Source: an uncultured Acidobacteriota bacterium (lineage in GTDB: Bacteria > Acidobacteriota > Thermoanaerobaculia > Gp7-AA8). Taken from it: a DNA stretch of 64,000 nucleotides. A program made the position numbers and the translations under genes. A model generated the notes under the pieces. The model saw nothing but the letters and a program-made list of their open reading frames with translations, was not told the origin of the DNA and did not search any database. How positions within the stretch are numbered: the stretch's first letter is position 1; each line of letters begins with the position of its first letter. The stretch is from NCBI GenBank assembly GCA_963741955.1, contig CAVUKB010000005.1:1056001-1120000 (forward strand). The letters are read 5' to 3'. Positions 1 to 12,834 of this stretch are shown here, piece after piece.

Positions 1-287
1 TCGCCATGCGGATGGTATTTGCCGAGCACGTCGCCGACCGTGCGCGCCGATTTCTTGTACTTCGATCCGGCGCTCAATCCAAGCTCCGACATCGCGTAGA
101 TGATCCGTCGCTGCACGGGCTTCAGTCCGTCCGCGAGATGCGGCAGCGCGCGGTCGAGGACCACGTACATCGAGTAATCGAGGTACGCCTTCTCCGCGAA
201 ACTCGCCACCGGAATCCGCTCGAAGTCCATCGGCGGAGGCGGTGGCGGCATTTTCCTGCGACTCTTCGATGCAGATTTTCTAGGCAT
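1..287 (-). CDS. parC: DNA topoisomerase IV subunit A, 5' part only (runs off window start)
   Basis: Not in the ORF track. Manual translation from ATG at 287 gives MPRKS...[37 protein letters not shown]...[18 protein letters not shown]. Lies directly downstream of parE. Confidence 0.93.
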   Translation of the reverse strand, partial: MPRKSASKSRRKMPPPPPPMDFERIPVASFAEKAYLDYSMYVVLDRALPHLADGLKPVQRRIIYAMSELGLSAGSKYKKSARTVGDVLGKYHPHG

Positions 288-328
288 GATCGTTCGTGAG
301 TTGCGAGTTGTCGGTTGCGGTTGCAACC

Positions 329-2221
<1,893 letters not shown>

Positions 2222-2376
2222 GTTTTCAGTCGGTTGGATTCAGATCGAGATCCGCTTGCGCTGCCGCCCAGGGGGCATCTCCACCGCGCGGCGGCACATG
2301 ATAACGCAAGGGGGCGCCTCCTTATAGCTCCGCGGCGCGAGAATGCACCGGCGCATGCCGCTCGTTCTACTCTTCA

Positions 2377-3042
2377 GTGAATCATCTGGCGCATCTCTTC
2401 CTCGCCGATGACGATGCCGAGTCGCTCATCGGGAACCTGGCCGCCGATTTCCTGAAGGGACCGATCCCTCACGATCTCGCTTCCGGCGTGCAGCGCGGGA
2501 TCGCGCTCCACCGGAAGGTCGACGCGTTCACAGATTCGCACGAAACGGTGATGCGCAGCCGGCAACGGCTGTTCGAGCGATGGCACCACCACGCGAGAAT
2601 CATCGTCGACGTCGCGTACGACCACTTCCTTTCGCGGGAGTGGTCGCGGTACCACTCCGTTCCGCTCCCTCGATTCATCGATGCGACGTACGTGACGCTT
2701 CTCCGTGCGGTCGATCTCGCCCCCCCCGAGCTGCGCCGTCCTCTTCCCCGGATGATCGAGAACGACTGGCTCAGCCGCTGCGGTGACATCGAGGGCGTGC
2801 GGAACGCGCTCCGTTTCATCTCGCGCCGGATGCGGCGTGACATCGGTCTCGAGGACGCCGCGGACGACGTCGAGCGGATGCGCGACGAGCTTTCCGGCGA
2901 CTTCGCGACGTTCTTCCCGCAGCTGATCCGCGCAGTGGAGAAGTGGAACGCCCCCGACCAGACCATTCACGGGACTTCGACTGCAGAGCGCGACACCGGC
3001 CTCTCCCCCGTGTCGGACGGCGACTCCGCCTCCTCGACCTGA
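2377..3042 (+). CDS. acpH: ACP phosphodiesterase
   Basis: MNHLAHLFLA, GNLAADFLKG, GIALHRKVDAFTDSH, DVAYDHFL signature motifs. Confidence 0.85.
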   Translation: MNHLAHLFLADDDAESLIGNLAADFLKGPIPHDLASGVQRGIALHRKVDAFTDSHETVMRSRQRLFERWHHHARIIVDVAYDHFLSREWSRYHSVPLPRFIDATYVTLLRAVDLAPPELRRPLPRMIENDWLSRCGDIEGVRNALRFISRRMRRDIGLEDAADDVERMRDELSGDFATFFPQLIRAVEKWNAPDQTIHGTSTAERDTGLSPVSDGDSASST

Positions 3043-3333
3043 GAGTCTGCCCGGTAGAGATGTCCGTAGCGAGAAAGTGGAGCAGCGACACGGTGGTACC
3101 GTTGACGACGAGGAGGCCGAGATTGCGCCGCGCCACCACCAGCCCGACGAGTCACGGGCGGCGACAGATGGTCTGCCTCCCGGCGACTCTCCTGTTTCGG
3201 CCATGGGGAGCCGAGGCTCCAGCCGCGGCCGGCACGGCAGAAGCCGTGCCGCTCCACTGCGGCTCCGGCTCGACAAATCTCTCCTCGTCGCTCCACTTCC
3301 TCCGGGAGCCTGCGCGGCAGAAGTATCCGTCGC

Positions 3334-4398
3334 CTAGAACACGAGCTTTCGGACGTTGAGACGGTCCTCGGCCGGCTCCACTGCGAACCGGAGAATTCCG
3401 ATCGTATCTCCGTGGTCCGAGAGCGCCATCACCCGCCACTCTCCCGGCTGGACCTCGCCTTTGAACGTGTAGCCGCGGTAGCCTCCCTCGCGCCCGCCGC
3501 GAATCACGAACGGGACGTCCCCTTCGAACAGCCATCGTTTCGACTGCCGGTCGAAGCGCTCCCACCGGTGATGGATGGTGGTCTCGATTCCGGGCGGCAC
3601 CCACACCGAGGTGAAACAGTAGATCGGTTCCGCATCGCGCCGGTGCCAGACCCGACTCGACGCGATCCAGAACTGCCAGGGACGTGGCCGCTCGACGGTC
3701 ATCACGTAGCTCCCGTCGCTTCGGATGAGATCGTGCGCGAGAAGCATCTGCTTCTTCACCAGAGGTACGGGCGGGATCACGTTCAGCGCGAAGAGCACCA
3801 CCAGGAGAGTCGCGACGACGAAGGAGGGGATCACATAGACGAAGCGCTGTCGCGTGAGGTAGCGGAGGCCGACCACCAGCGCGACCGCGAAGATCGTACT
3901 GACGTAGAACCAGACCTGGCTGATGCTGCGGAACATGTGCGGGAGGGCGAAATTGAGCAGCATGATCCCGGCGAACGCGAAGAACGTCCAGGAGAGCATC
4001 ATCCGGCTGTAGCGGCTCTCGAGGAATTCGTTTCCCACCAGGAGGACCACCAGCCCGAGCACCAGCAGCAGTCCGGGAAGGTCGCTGGAGCTGAGGAAGT
4101 AGAAGATCACCAGCGCGCTGAAGATCCCGCCGAATAAGAACTGCAGGGCCCAGTTCATCCACTCCGCGAAGCGCCACTTGACGTCACGGCCGATGAGAAC
4201 GATCAGAACCGCGGAAGCGATCCAGTACCCGAAGAGCAGAAGGAGGTCCCACGACTTGATCGTCCGCCCCAGCGTGATCGCATCCCAGAGGAATCCCCCC
4301 ACGAAGGCGACCGCCGGGAGCCAGGTGCGCACCCGCTCGAAGCGGGAGACGACCGTCGTCTCGGTGGGAGGGGAGGACTTCTCGATCTCGTCAGGCAT
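3334..4398 (-). CDS. DUF2914-family membrane protein
   Basis: Several hydrophobic helices followed by GGREGGYRGYTFK...GEWRV; start placed at ATG 4398 (MPDEIEK). Confidence 0.75.
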   Translation of the reverse strand: MPDEIEKSSPPTETTVVSRFERVRTWLPAVAFVGGFLWDAITLGRTIKSWDLLLLFGYWIASAVLIVLIGRDVKWRFAEWMNWALQFLFGGIFSALVIFYFLSSSDLPGLLLVLGLVVLLVGNEFLESRYSRMMLSWTFFAFAGIMLLNFALPHMFRSISQVWFYVSTIFAVALVVGLRYLTRQRFVYVIPSFVVATLLVVLFALNVIPPVPLVKKQMLLAHDLIRSDGSYVMTVERPRPWQFWIASSRVWHRRDAEPIYCFTSVWVPPGIETTIHHRWERFDRQSKRWLFEGDVPFVIRGGREGGYRGYTFKGEVQPGEWRVMALSDHGDTIGILRFAVEPAEDRLNVRKLVF

Positions 4399-4523
4399 TG
4401 CGGCGCATTCTACTTCGCAGAGGGAGGAGTCGCGTCGCCGGACACCCGAGGTCGAACGCCGCGCCACATCCCGAGCGCTTCATTTCGTTATACGCTTCGC
4501 CGAGCAAACTCAGGAGGACACTC

Positions 4524-6605
4524 ATGGTCCGACGCAGCATCACTCTCGCCCTCGCCTTCTCGTTCGTTACACTCTCGCTCGTGAGTGCAGCGAATTCGCC
4601 TTCTCCATCGACGACCACCCGCTTCGCGGACGTGCGATCGCAACTCGCCGCCGAGCTCACCGCGAAGTACGGCGACACCCAGCGTGAGCGCCTCGAGCGC
4701 GGCATGGAACAGGTGGCGAGCTTCTGGCGGGCCGAGGATGGCGACGCCGATGCGTTCGCATCCTTCATCCGCAGCGACTTCGCCGGCGACCCGACGACCC
4801 TCGACGCGATGTTCGACCGCTTCCAGTCCGCTCTCGAACAGCTGGACGGCAACATGCTGGAGATCAACCGGAAATTCCGTGAGCAGGTCGACCTCGACCG
4901 CGGTCCGATCCTTCCGATGGATCAGATCATGTCCGCGTGGGATCCGTCCGCGCACGTGAACGACGACTTCTTCCAGAACAAGCTCGCATTCGTCGCGCTC
5001 CTGAACTTCCCTCTCACCACGCTCGACGAGCGGCTCACCGACGGAAAGAACTGGAGCCGCCGCCACTGGGCCGAGGTCCGTCTCGCGCAGCGCTTCTCGC
5101 ATCGGGTCCCGGCCGAAGTGAATCAGGACATCAGCGCGGCCCTCTCTGATGCCGACGCGTACATCGCCGAGTACAACATCTGGATGCACCATCTCCTCAC
5201 GAACGACGGCCGCCGCCTCTTCCCCGCGAAGCTCCGCCTCATCTCGCACTGGAATCTTCGTGACGAGCTGAAGGCCGACTACAGCGACCCGGCCGGACTC
5301 GAGAAGCAGCAGATGATCGAAAAGGTGATGGAGCGCATCGTCACCCAGACCATTCCCGCCGCGGTGATCAATAATCCCAACGTCGACTGGAACCCGTACA
5401 CCAACGAAGTGAAGCCGACGAGCTCGTTCGACGGCGACACTCCGGCGCCTCCCGCCCACCTCACCGCCGCCCGCGAGCCCGACACCCGCTACGCGAAGCT
5501 CCTCGGCGTGTTCCATGCGACGCAGAAGGAAGACGCGTACTCTCCGAATGCGCCGACTCTCATCGACCGCCGGTTCAACGAGGACCGCGAGATCCCCGAG
5601 GCCCGCGTCGAAGCGATGTTCGAACAGATCGTCGCCTCACCGCTGGTGCCGAAGGTGGCGGCCCTGATCGAGAAGCGGCTCGGGCGGAAGCTCCAGCCGT
5701 TCGACATCTGGTACAACGGATTCCGGCAGCGGGGCCAGTACACAGAGGCACAGCTCGACGCGATCACCTCCGGAAAATACCCGACTGCAGCGGCGTACGG
5801 CGCCGACATTCCGAACATCCTGGAGAAGCTCGGCTTCTCTCCCGAGCGTGCACGCTACGTGGCGGCGAACATCGTCGTCGACCCGGCACGCGGCGCAGGT
5901 CACGCAATGGGGGCCGCCCGTCGCGGCGACAAGGCGCATCTCCGGACACGCGTCGAAAAAGAAGGGATGAACTACAAGGGCTACAACATCGCGGTGCACG
6001 AGATGGGGCACAACGTCGAGCAGACGTTCTCGCTCGACGACATCGACTACACCCTTCTCGAGGGCGTGCCGAACACCGCGTTCACCGAGGCGCTCGCATT
6101 CGTCTTTCAGAACCGGGACCTCGAGCTCCTCGGGCTGGCGAAGCCGGGCGAGGAAGCTCGGGCACTCTCGACGCTGAACGAATTCTGGGGCGCCTACGAG
6201 ATCGCCGGAGTGGCTCTGGTCGACATGAGAGTGTGGCACTGGATGTACGCGCACCCGAATGCCACCCCCGCCGAGCTCCGCGAAGCGACGGTGCAGATCT
6301 CGAAGGACCTCTGGAACCAGTACTACGCTCCGGTGTTCGGCCAGAAGGACGTCGTGCTCCTCGGCATCTACTCGCACATGATCGACGCGATGCTCTACCT
6401 CCCGGACTACCCGATCGGACACATGATCGCGTACCAGATCGAAGAGCAGATGGAGAAGAGCGGGAAGATCGGTCCCGAGTTCGAGCGGATGGCGAAGATC
6501 GGGAGCGTGGTTCCCGATCTCTGGATGACCGAAGCCACCGGAAAGCCGGTCGGACCCGAGGCGCTCCTCGCCGCGACGAAGAACGCGCTGGGGGTGGAGC
6601 GGTGA
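4524..6605 (+). CDS. Secreted protein, putative gluzincin-type zinc metallopeptidase
   Basis: GGAGG RBS before ATG 4524; signal peptide; HEMGH plus downstream FTEALA. Confidence 0.6.
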   Translation: MVRRSITLALAFSFVTLSLVSAANSPSPSTTTRFADVRSQLAAELTAKYGDTQRERLERGMEQVASFWRAEDGDADAFASFIRSDFAGDPTTLDAMFDRFQSALEQLDGNMLEINRKFREQVDLDRGPILPMDQIMSAWDPSAHVNDDFFQNKLAFVALLNFPLTTLDERLTDGKNWSRRHWAEVRLAQRFSHRVPAEVNQDISAALSDADAYIAEYNIWMHHLLTNDGRRLFPAKLRLISHWNLRDELKADYSDPAGLEKQQMIEKVMERIVTQTIPAAVINNPNVDWNPYTNEVKPTSSFDGDTPAPPAHLTAAREPDTRYAKLLGVFHATQKEDAYSPNAPTLIDRRFNEDREIPEARVEAMFEQIVASPLVPKVAALIEKRLGRKLQPFDIWYNGFRQRGQYTEAQLDAITSGKYPTAAAYGADIPNILEKLGFSPERARYVAANIVVDPARGAGHAMGAARRGDKAHLRTRVEKEGMNYKGYNIAVHEMGHNVEQTFSLDDIDYTLLEGVPNTAFTEALAFVFQNRDLELLGLAKPGEEARALSTLNEFWGAYEIAGVALVDMRVWHWMYAHPNATPAELREATVQISKDLWNQYYAPVFGQKDVVLLGIYSHMIDAMLYLPDYPIGHMIAYQIEEQMEKSGKIGPEFERMAKIGSVVPDLWMTEATGKPVGPEALLAATKNALGVER

Positions 6606-6642
6606 GCGGTGAGCGGTGAGCGGTGAGCGGTGAGCGGTGAGC
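6597..6642. repeat. Heptamer tandem tract (GGTGAGC) x~6
   Basis: Directly visible, overlapping the stop codon of the upstream gene. Confidence 0.9.
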
Positions 6643-6749
6643 GAATAATATTCTGCGCGAGCGCGTTTCTTGCGAATATTATTCTGTGATTGTGCGCAGT
6701 GTCAGAATAAAATTCGTCCGCCTCGCGGACTCGCTCCATTGTCCGCGAG

Positions 6750-6843
6750 GGTCGGACGTGTCGGACAGGTCGGACGTCGGCAAACCGCTCGCCGCTCGCT
6801 ACTCGCCGCTCCCTACTCGCCTCTCGCTACTCGCCGCTCGCTA
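6750..6843. repeat. GTCGGAC(N)2 9-mer tract followed by a CTCGCTA/CTCGCCG heptamer tract
   Basis: Directly visible between two convergent genes. Confidence 0.75.
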
Positions 6844-8121
6844 CTTTCCTTCATTCTGAATTCGCGATCTCTCGACCGCAGAAATTCCGGCCAGCCGTCC
6901 GCTCGCCCAGGCCCACTGGAAGTTGAAGCCGCCGATCCGCCCATCGACGTCGAGGATCTCGCCGCAGAGATGGAGTCGGGGGACGATGCGCGATTCCATC
7001 GACGAGAGCTCGATCTCGGTGAGCGGGACTCCCCCGGCCGTTGCCTCCGCGTAACGGAATCCTCGATCGCCGGTCACCGGGAGGGGAAGCTCGGTCATGG
7101 AATGGAGGAGGCGCCGCCGCTCCTCGCGTGTGAGCTGGCCGATCATCCGTTCGCCCGGGAGGGCGGCGAACGAGAGGAGCGCCGTGGCAAAGCGATCCGG
7201 AAATCGTCCCGACATCCACGACCCGACCGTGCGCCGAGGATTCTCACGCGCTTCGGCCACGATGGCTTCTTCCAGCTCGCCGAATGTGCGACCCGGGACG
7301 ATCGAAGCCCGCAGCTCGACGTCTTCGTTCATTCGCGCCTGCAGCCAGTGGCGACTCATGTCGAGCACCACCGGCCCGCTCAGGCCGAAATGCGTGAGGA
7401 GCATCGATCCGGCCATCCGCTGCAGGAGCCTTCCGCGGGCGCCGAGGAGTGCGAGCTCGACCTCGAGCGAGACTCCACTCAACGACGTGAGCCAGTGACT
7501 GCGAGGAAGGAGAAGGGGGACCAGAGCCGGAATGGTGTCGGTCACTGAATGTCCCATCGAGCGAGCGAGCGAGTAACCGCCGCCGTCGCTACCAGTCTCC
7601 GGAACGCTTCGGCCGCCGGTGGCGAGAATCACGTTGCGCGCTTCGAAGGCTCCGTCGTTCGTGGTCAGACGGAATCCGTTCTCGAGACGATGGATTCCGC
7701 TGATTCGATGCGCGGAGCGGACCGCGGCGCCGGCGTCGGATGCGGCGCGGAGGAGCGCGTCGAGAACGGTCCGCGCCTGATTGGAGGTGGGAAAGAGCTT
7801 CCCGCTCTCCTCCCGCTGCAGCGGTGCGCCGATCTCGCGGAAGAATGCGACCGTCTCAGGGACGTCGAACGTCCGGAGGACCCGGGCGATGGCGTTGCGG
7901 CTGCTTCCGTTGAAATCGGCTCCGGAGACCTGCTCGTGGGTGACGTTGCAGCGCCCTCCTCCCGCGATCAGAATCTTCGCACCGATCTTCGGCGCACCGT
8001 CGAAAGCGACGATCGAAACCGATCTCCCGGAGTCGCTCGCGGCACGTCCTGCCGAGATCGCCGCCATCAGGCCTGCCGCGCCTGCGCCAACGATCGCGAC
8101 GCCGATCTTCTGTCCCGTCAC
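6841..8121 (-). CDS. HI0933/BaiN-family flavoprotein oxidoreductase
   Basis: GAGAAG, KILIAGGGRCNVT, LATGG, THFGLSGP, GEILDVDGRIGGFNFQWAWASG. Confidence 0.9.
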   Translation of the reverse strand: MTGQKIGVAIVGAGAAGLMAAISAGRAASDSGRSVSIVAFDGAPKIGAKILIAGGGRCNVTHEQVSGADFNGSSRNAIARVLRTFDVPETVAFFREIGAPLQREESGKLFPTSNQARTVLDALLRAASDAGAAVRSAHRISGIHRLENGFRLTTNDGAFEARNVILATGGRSVPETGSDGGGYSLARSMGHSVTDTIPALVPLLLPRSHWLTSLSGVSLEVELALLGARGRLLQRMAGSMLLTHFGLSGPVVLDMSRHWLQARMNEDVELRASIVPGRTFGELEEAIVAEARENPRRTVGSWMSGRFPDRFATALLSFAALPGERMIGQLTREERRRLLHSMTELPLPVTGDRGFRYAEATAGGVPLTEIELSSMESRIVPRLHLCGEILDVDGRIGGFNFQWAWASGRLAGISAVERSRIQNEGK

Positions 8122-8178
8122 GGAGCGGAGTCTATCTGCTTTCGAAGCAGGTGCGTCTCCGCCGCGCCGGTTCCCGGA

Positions 8179-8496
8179 TCAACGCGCTTCGGCGCGTGGT
8201 TCGTCGTCCTGCCGCCGGCGGTCGCGTGAAGGTTCCTCCTCCTGCGGTCGTGCGCGCTGGATCGCTCCGTCGAAATAGAGCGCCTCGAGTCCCGAGGCCC
8301 AGTAGGCAAGAGCGCCGCGATCGGGCTGCCATGTTTCGCGGCCGGTACGAAGCACCTCGTTGACGTCGTCGAGCGGATGAAACTCCACCCAGCCGTCCCA
8401 GCTGTCGTCGGTGCGCTGCTCTCCATAAACGCGAATGACATACTCCGTCCCCCGCGAGGCGATCTGTTCCTTGTACTGCTGAATGAGTTCAGCCAT
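8179..8496 (-). CDS. Hypothetical protein
   Basis: MAELIQQY...WDGWVEFHP...LRTGRETWQPDRGALAYWASGL; purine-rich RBS upstream; start uncertain. Confidence 0.6.
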   Translation of the reverse strand: MAELIQQYKEQIASRGTEYVIRVYGEQRTDDSWDGWVEFHPLDDVNEVLRTGRETWQPDRGALAYWASGLEALYFDGAIQRARPQEEEPSRDRRRQDDEPRAEAR

Positions 8497-8704
8497 TGGT
8501 GTCTCCCCTTCTGTCGCTCCCAGGGACGAGAGCTTTTCTCTCATGGCTACAGACATCGCAAGAGACGCGCCACTTTTTTAGGGGTTTTCACTGAGCTTGC
8601 TTTGGACGCTGTCCCTTACGGCGATTCGGGAGTGAAGACTTTTTTCGCGACCCGGACTAAAATCTGCGGCTTCAGAGCACGTTCCCGGAAAAAGGAGAGA
8701 AGCA

Positions 8705-9709
8705 ATGAGGACAGTCCTTCGAGGGCTCGCCTGGATACTGGTCATACTCGTCGTCATCGCCGGTGCGGGATTCGCGTGGCTCGCACTCCGCTCGCCGGAG
8801 ATGAGACCCGCCCCCTCCATCGCACTGCACGCGACACCGGAGCAACTCGCGCGCGGAGCGTATCTCTTCAACCACGTCTCCGACTGTGTGGGCTGCCACT
8901 CCGATCACCTCTCCGATCGTTGGGCATTTCCACCGAGACCCGGCACCGAGGGGAGTGGAGGCTTCGCGTTCGACAAGGGAATGGGAGTCCCGGGAGTGGT
9001 CGTCGCCGCGAACATCACTCCGGACCGGGAGACCGGTGTCGGCTCATGGAGCGACGGGGAGATCATTCGAGCGATCCGCGAGGGAGTGACCCGAACGGGA
9101 GATGCGCTCTTCCCGATCATGCCTTACGAAGGCTACCGTCACATGAGCGACGACGACGTCGAAGCGGTGGTGGCGTACCTCCGTACACTCGCACCGCGGC
9201 GCAACCGCATCGCTCCCCGGCAACTCGATTTCCCGGTGAAGTACATGATCAAGTTCGCTCCGAAGCCCGTCACCGCGAAGGTCGACGCACCGGATCCGAA
9301 CGACAGCGTCGCGTACGGGCGGTATCTCGTCTCCATCGCCGGATGCGGCGATTGCCACACCCCGCGCGACGAACACGGCAAACCGCTTCCCGGGCGTGAG
9401 TTCACCGGAGGAAATACGATGATCGGCCCGTGGGGGAGAGTCGTCACCGCAAACATCACACCTGACCCCTCCACCTTCGTCGGTTCGGCGACGAAACCTC
9501 AGTTCATCGCTCGCTTCAAGGCGTATGCGCACGACGATCCCTCCTCGATTCCGCAGGTCCCGAAAGGGCTGAACACCGTCATGCCGTGGAACGCGTTCTC
9601 CGGAATGACCGAGCACGACCTCGGAGCGATCTACGATTACCTCCACACGCTGCCGCCGAACCCGACGCGCGTGGTGACGTTCCCCGACGCAACGCATCCG
9701 GGTACGTAG
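8705..9709 (+). CDS. Membrane-anchored diheme cytochrome c
   Basis: Two CxxCH motifs (CVGCH, CGDCH), ANITPD twice, N-terminal TM helix, AGGAG RBS. Confidence 0.9.
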   Translation: MRTVLRGLAWILVILVVIAGAGFAWLALRSPEMRPAPSIALHATPEQLARGAYLFNHVSDCVGCHSDHLSDRWAFPPRPGTEGSGGFAFDKGMGVPGVVVAANITPDRETGVGSWSDGEIIRAIREGVTRTGDALFPIMPYEGYRHMSDDDVEAVVAYLRTLAPRRNRIAPRQLDFPVKYMIKFAPKPVTAKVDAPDPNDSVAYGRYLVSIAGCGDCHTPRDEHGKPLPGREFTGGNTMIGPWGRVVTANITPDPSTFVGSATKPQFIARFKAYAHDDPSSIPQVPKGLNTVMPWNAFSGMTEHDLGAIYDYLHTLPPNPTRVVTFPDATHPGT

Positions 9710-9962
9710 CGGTTCGAAAAACCGGGGTCGGGATCCAGCGCGGCTGAGCTGTCCGCCGCGCTCCGGCCTTGCCATTGGAATCGGCATGGATTTGCCGTGC
9801 CGGCTGCGGCGGAAGCCGCAGCGCCCCTCCTGTCGCGCAGGTTCGAATGGCTCCGCCCGCGCGGATGGGGCTGCCTCTTCTCGATCGCCGTCATCATCCG
9901 GCGATCCCTTTCTTCGTCGCTGCACGGAAGGCTGGCAGAGCCGTTGCACGCCTGACCCCATC

Positions 9963-10229
9963 ATGGCTGACGACGTCGACGTTTCCCAACTCATCGCCCG
10001 CGCCGCTTCGATGCTCACCATCTGGGGGGTCGGGAAGATTCTCGGCACCGAACAGGGGGAGCAGGTCGTGGAGGAGTTCGACGACCAGATGCAGCGCGCC
10101 CGGATCATCGCCCAGCTGAAGATGCGCGAGGTCGGCCGGAACATGCGCCGCCACCCCGGACTCCTCGTCATCGGTGCGGGGTGTCTGATCGGCGCCGGAG
10201 TCTGCTTCACCCTCGCGATGAAGAAGTGA
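9963..10229 (+). CDS. Small hypothetical membrane protein
   Basis: MADDVDVSQL... with a C-terminal TM helix; host-like codon usage. Confidence 0.55.
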   Translation: MADDVDVSQLIARAASMLTIWGVGKILGTEQGEQVVEEFDDQMQRARIIAQLKMREVGRNMRRHPGLLVIGAGCLIGAGVCFTLAMKK

Positions 10230-10335
10230 CTCCGGCCGGAATCATTCTGGAGGCCTCCCTCGCGATGCACCGTTTCCGCATCGTTCCAGCTTCGGATTGA
10301 ATCGCTCCGATCCATCCCGTATCCTCCTCTCTCCG

Positions 10336-12834
10336 ATGAGAAAAGCTCTGTTCTGTTCGACGGCCGTTCTTTCTCTTCTCCTCGTACTTCCGTTCCGGCT
10401 GCTCGCCGCCGACGGAGCGTCGCTCACTCCGCAGCGGACCATGAGCGCCGCCGAGGTCCAGCTCGCGCTCGACAAGCTGAACGTCGTCGGGAGCGCGCTC
10501 TACATCGCCGCACATCCGGACGACGAGAACACTGCGATGCTTTCGTGGCTCTCCAGCGGCCGGCTGGTCCGCACCGGGTACCTTGCGCTCACCCGCGGCG
10601 ACGGAGGCCAGAACCTGATCGGGAGCGAAAAGGGAGAGCTCCTCGGAATGTTGCGCACCCAGGAGCTTCTCGACGCGCGGCGGATCGACGGCGCCGAACA
10701 GTTCTTCACCCGCGCCGTCGACTTCGGCTACACCAAGTCTCCCGACGAGACGTTCCGCTTCTGGAACCACGACACGATCCTCGGCGACGTGGTCTGGACC
10801 ATCCGCAAGTTCCGCCCGGACGTGATCATCACCCGTTTTCCGACCACCGGCGAAGGGGGTCACGGACACCACACCGCCTCCGCGATTCTCGCGGTCGAAG
10901 CGTTCAAGGCTGCAGGTGATCCGGCCCGTTACCCCGAACAGCTCGCATACGTGCAGCCGTGGCAGCCGAAGCGGATCTTCTGGAACGCGTGGCGTCCCGA
11001 TCTCGACCACCGACCCGCTGGGGCACCTCCACTGATCGCGGTCGATCTCGGCGCCTACAACCCGCTCCTCGGGAAGTCGTACACCGAGATCGCCGGCGAA
11101 GCGCGCTCGATGCACAAGAGCCAGGGCTTCGGATCGGCCGAGCGGAGAGGCTCGACCGTGAACTATCTCGAGCAGCTCGGAGGAGATCCCGCGAAGAGTG
11201 ATCCGTTCGAAGGGATCGACACGAGCTGGACGCGCGTTCCCGGATCCGCGCGCGTCGCCGCGCTCCTGCGCGATGCCCGCAACCGGTTCGAACCCGCACA
11301 TCCCGATGCGGTCGTTCCGCTCCTCGTCGAAGCCTGGAACTCGATGCAGCAGCTTCCTCCCTCTCCCTGGGTCGAAGAGAAGAAGCGGGAACTGGCTGCG
11401 ACGCTGCGAGGCGCGAGCGGACTCTGGCTCGAAGCGATTGCGGACCGCCCGGCCACGACGCCGGGAGGAACGTTCAACCTCACCGTCACCGCCATCAACC
11501 GGTCCAACCAGAGGCTCGCGATCGCTTCCGTCCAGCCGCCGTTCGACGGCGTCGCAGTCAGCGGAACCACACTCGCGACGAACCACCCCACCGAGACGAA
11601 GTTCACCATCGCGGTTCCTGCGGACCAGCCGATCTCCGAGCCGTACTGGATGGTGGGATGGGACCACTCCGCGATGTACCCGGTTCCGGACCCGAGGCTC
11701 ACCGGCCTCCCCGAGAATCCTCCCATCACCGCAACGGTGCTCGTCGACTTCAACGGGACCCGGATTCCGTACCAGATCCCGGTTCTCTTCCGCTCGACGG
11801 ACCGGGTGGAAGGGGAGCGCTACCAGCGGCTCGGAATCGTTCCCCCCTTCACGGTGAACTTCGCCGAACCGATGATCCTCTTCCCCGACTCGAGCGCGAA
11901 GGCGGTGCACCTGGTGGCGCGATCACTCACCGGACACGCTGAAGGCTCGGTCAGCCTTCGTCTTCCCGCCGGCTGGAAGTCGGATCCCTCCAGCGTCGAT
12001 CTCCGTTTCGAAGAGCCGGGCGACGAACACAACGTAGTCTTCGAGGTCGCCCCCACCGCGGAGCCGTTCCGAGGGATGGCGGGCGCCCAGGTCGAATCCG
12101 GCGGGAAGCTCTATCGCCGGAGCCGGGAGACGATCGACTACCCGCACATCCCGCAGCAGCTCCTCCACCCGGAGGCGGCAGCACGTCTGGTGCGTACCGA
12201 TCTCCGGAAGGAGGGTTCGCGGATCGGCTATGTGATGGGACCGGGGGACGACGTCCCGGCCGCGCTCGAGCAGTCCGGGTACGACGTGACTCTTCTCACG
12301 GACCAGGATCTCGAAACTGCGGACCTGACCCCCTTCGATGCGGTGGTCACCGGAGTCCGGGCGTTCAACACAAGGAAGGTCCTGGAGAACCAGCTGCCCC
12401 GTATTCTCGAGTATGTGAAGAACGGCGGGACGTTCCTGGTGCAATACGACACCGCGGACCGGACGCTCCCTTCGCGCATCGGGCCGTGGCCGATCGAGCT
12501 TTCCCACGACCGCGTCACGGTCGAAGAGGCGCCGGTCACGTTCGTCCATCCCGACAGTCCGCTCCTCCATCGGCCGAACGAGATATCTCAACGCGATTTC
12601 GAGGGATGGGTGCAGGAACGCGGCCTCTACTTCGCGCGAACCTGGGATCCGAAATACGAGACGCTCCTCTCCAGTCACGACCCGGGAGAAAAGCCTCTGG
12701 AGGGAGGACTCCTCGTCGGCCATTACGGGAAAGGCACCTACATCTACACCGGGTATGCGTTCTTCCGGCAGCTTCCGGCAGGGGTGCCCGGCGCGTACCG
12801 GCTGTTTCTGAACCTGATCGCGGGCGGGAAATGA
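10336..12834 (+). CDS. PIG-L/LmbE-family deacetylase with C-terminal glutamine-amidotransferase-like domain
   Basis: AAHPDDE, LTRGDGGQN, HGHH, WVQERGLYF; signal peptide. Confidence 0.88.
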   Translation: MRKALFCSTAVLSLLLVLPFRLLAADGASLTPQRTMSAAEVQLALDKLNVVGSALYIAAHPDDENTAMLSWLSSGRLVRTGYLALTRGDGGQNLIGSEKGELLGMLRTQELLDARRIDGAEQFFTRAVDFGYTKSPDETFRFWNHDTILGDVVWTIRKFRPDVIITRFPTTGEGGHGHHTASAILAVEAFKAAGDPARYPEQLAYVQPWQPKRIFWNAWRPDLDHRPAGAPPLIAVDLGAYNPLLGKSYTEIAGEARSMHKSQGFGSAERRGSTVNYLEQLGGDPAKSDPFEGIDTSWTRVPGSARVAALLRDARNRFEPAHPDAVVPLLVEAWNSMQQLPPSPWVEEKKRELAATLRGASGLWLEAIADRPATTPGGTFNLTVTAINRSNQRLAIASVQPPFDGVAVSGTTLATNHPTETKFTIAVPADQPISEPYWMVGWDHSAMYPVPDPRLTGLPENPPITATVLVDFNGTRIPYQIPVLFRSTDRVEGERYQRLGIVPPFTVNFAEPMILFPDSSAKAVHLVARSLTGHAEGSVSLRLPAGWKSDPSSVDLRFEEPGDEHNVVFEVAPTAEPFRGMAGAQVESGGKLYRRSRETIDYPHIPQQLLHPEAAARLVRTDLRKEGSRIGYVMGPGDDVPAALEQSGYDVTLLTDQDLETADLTPFDAVVTGVRAFNTRKVLENQLPRILEYVKNGGTFLVQYDTADRTLPSRIGPWPIELSHDRVTVEEAPVTFVHPDSPLLHRPNEISQRDFEGWVQERGLYFARTWDPKYETLLSSHDPGEKPLEGGLLVGHYGKGTYIYTGYAFFRQLPAGVPGAYRLFLNLIAGGK

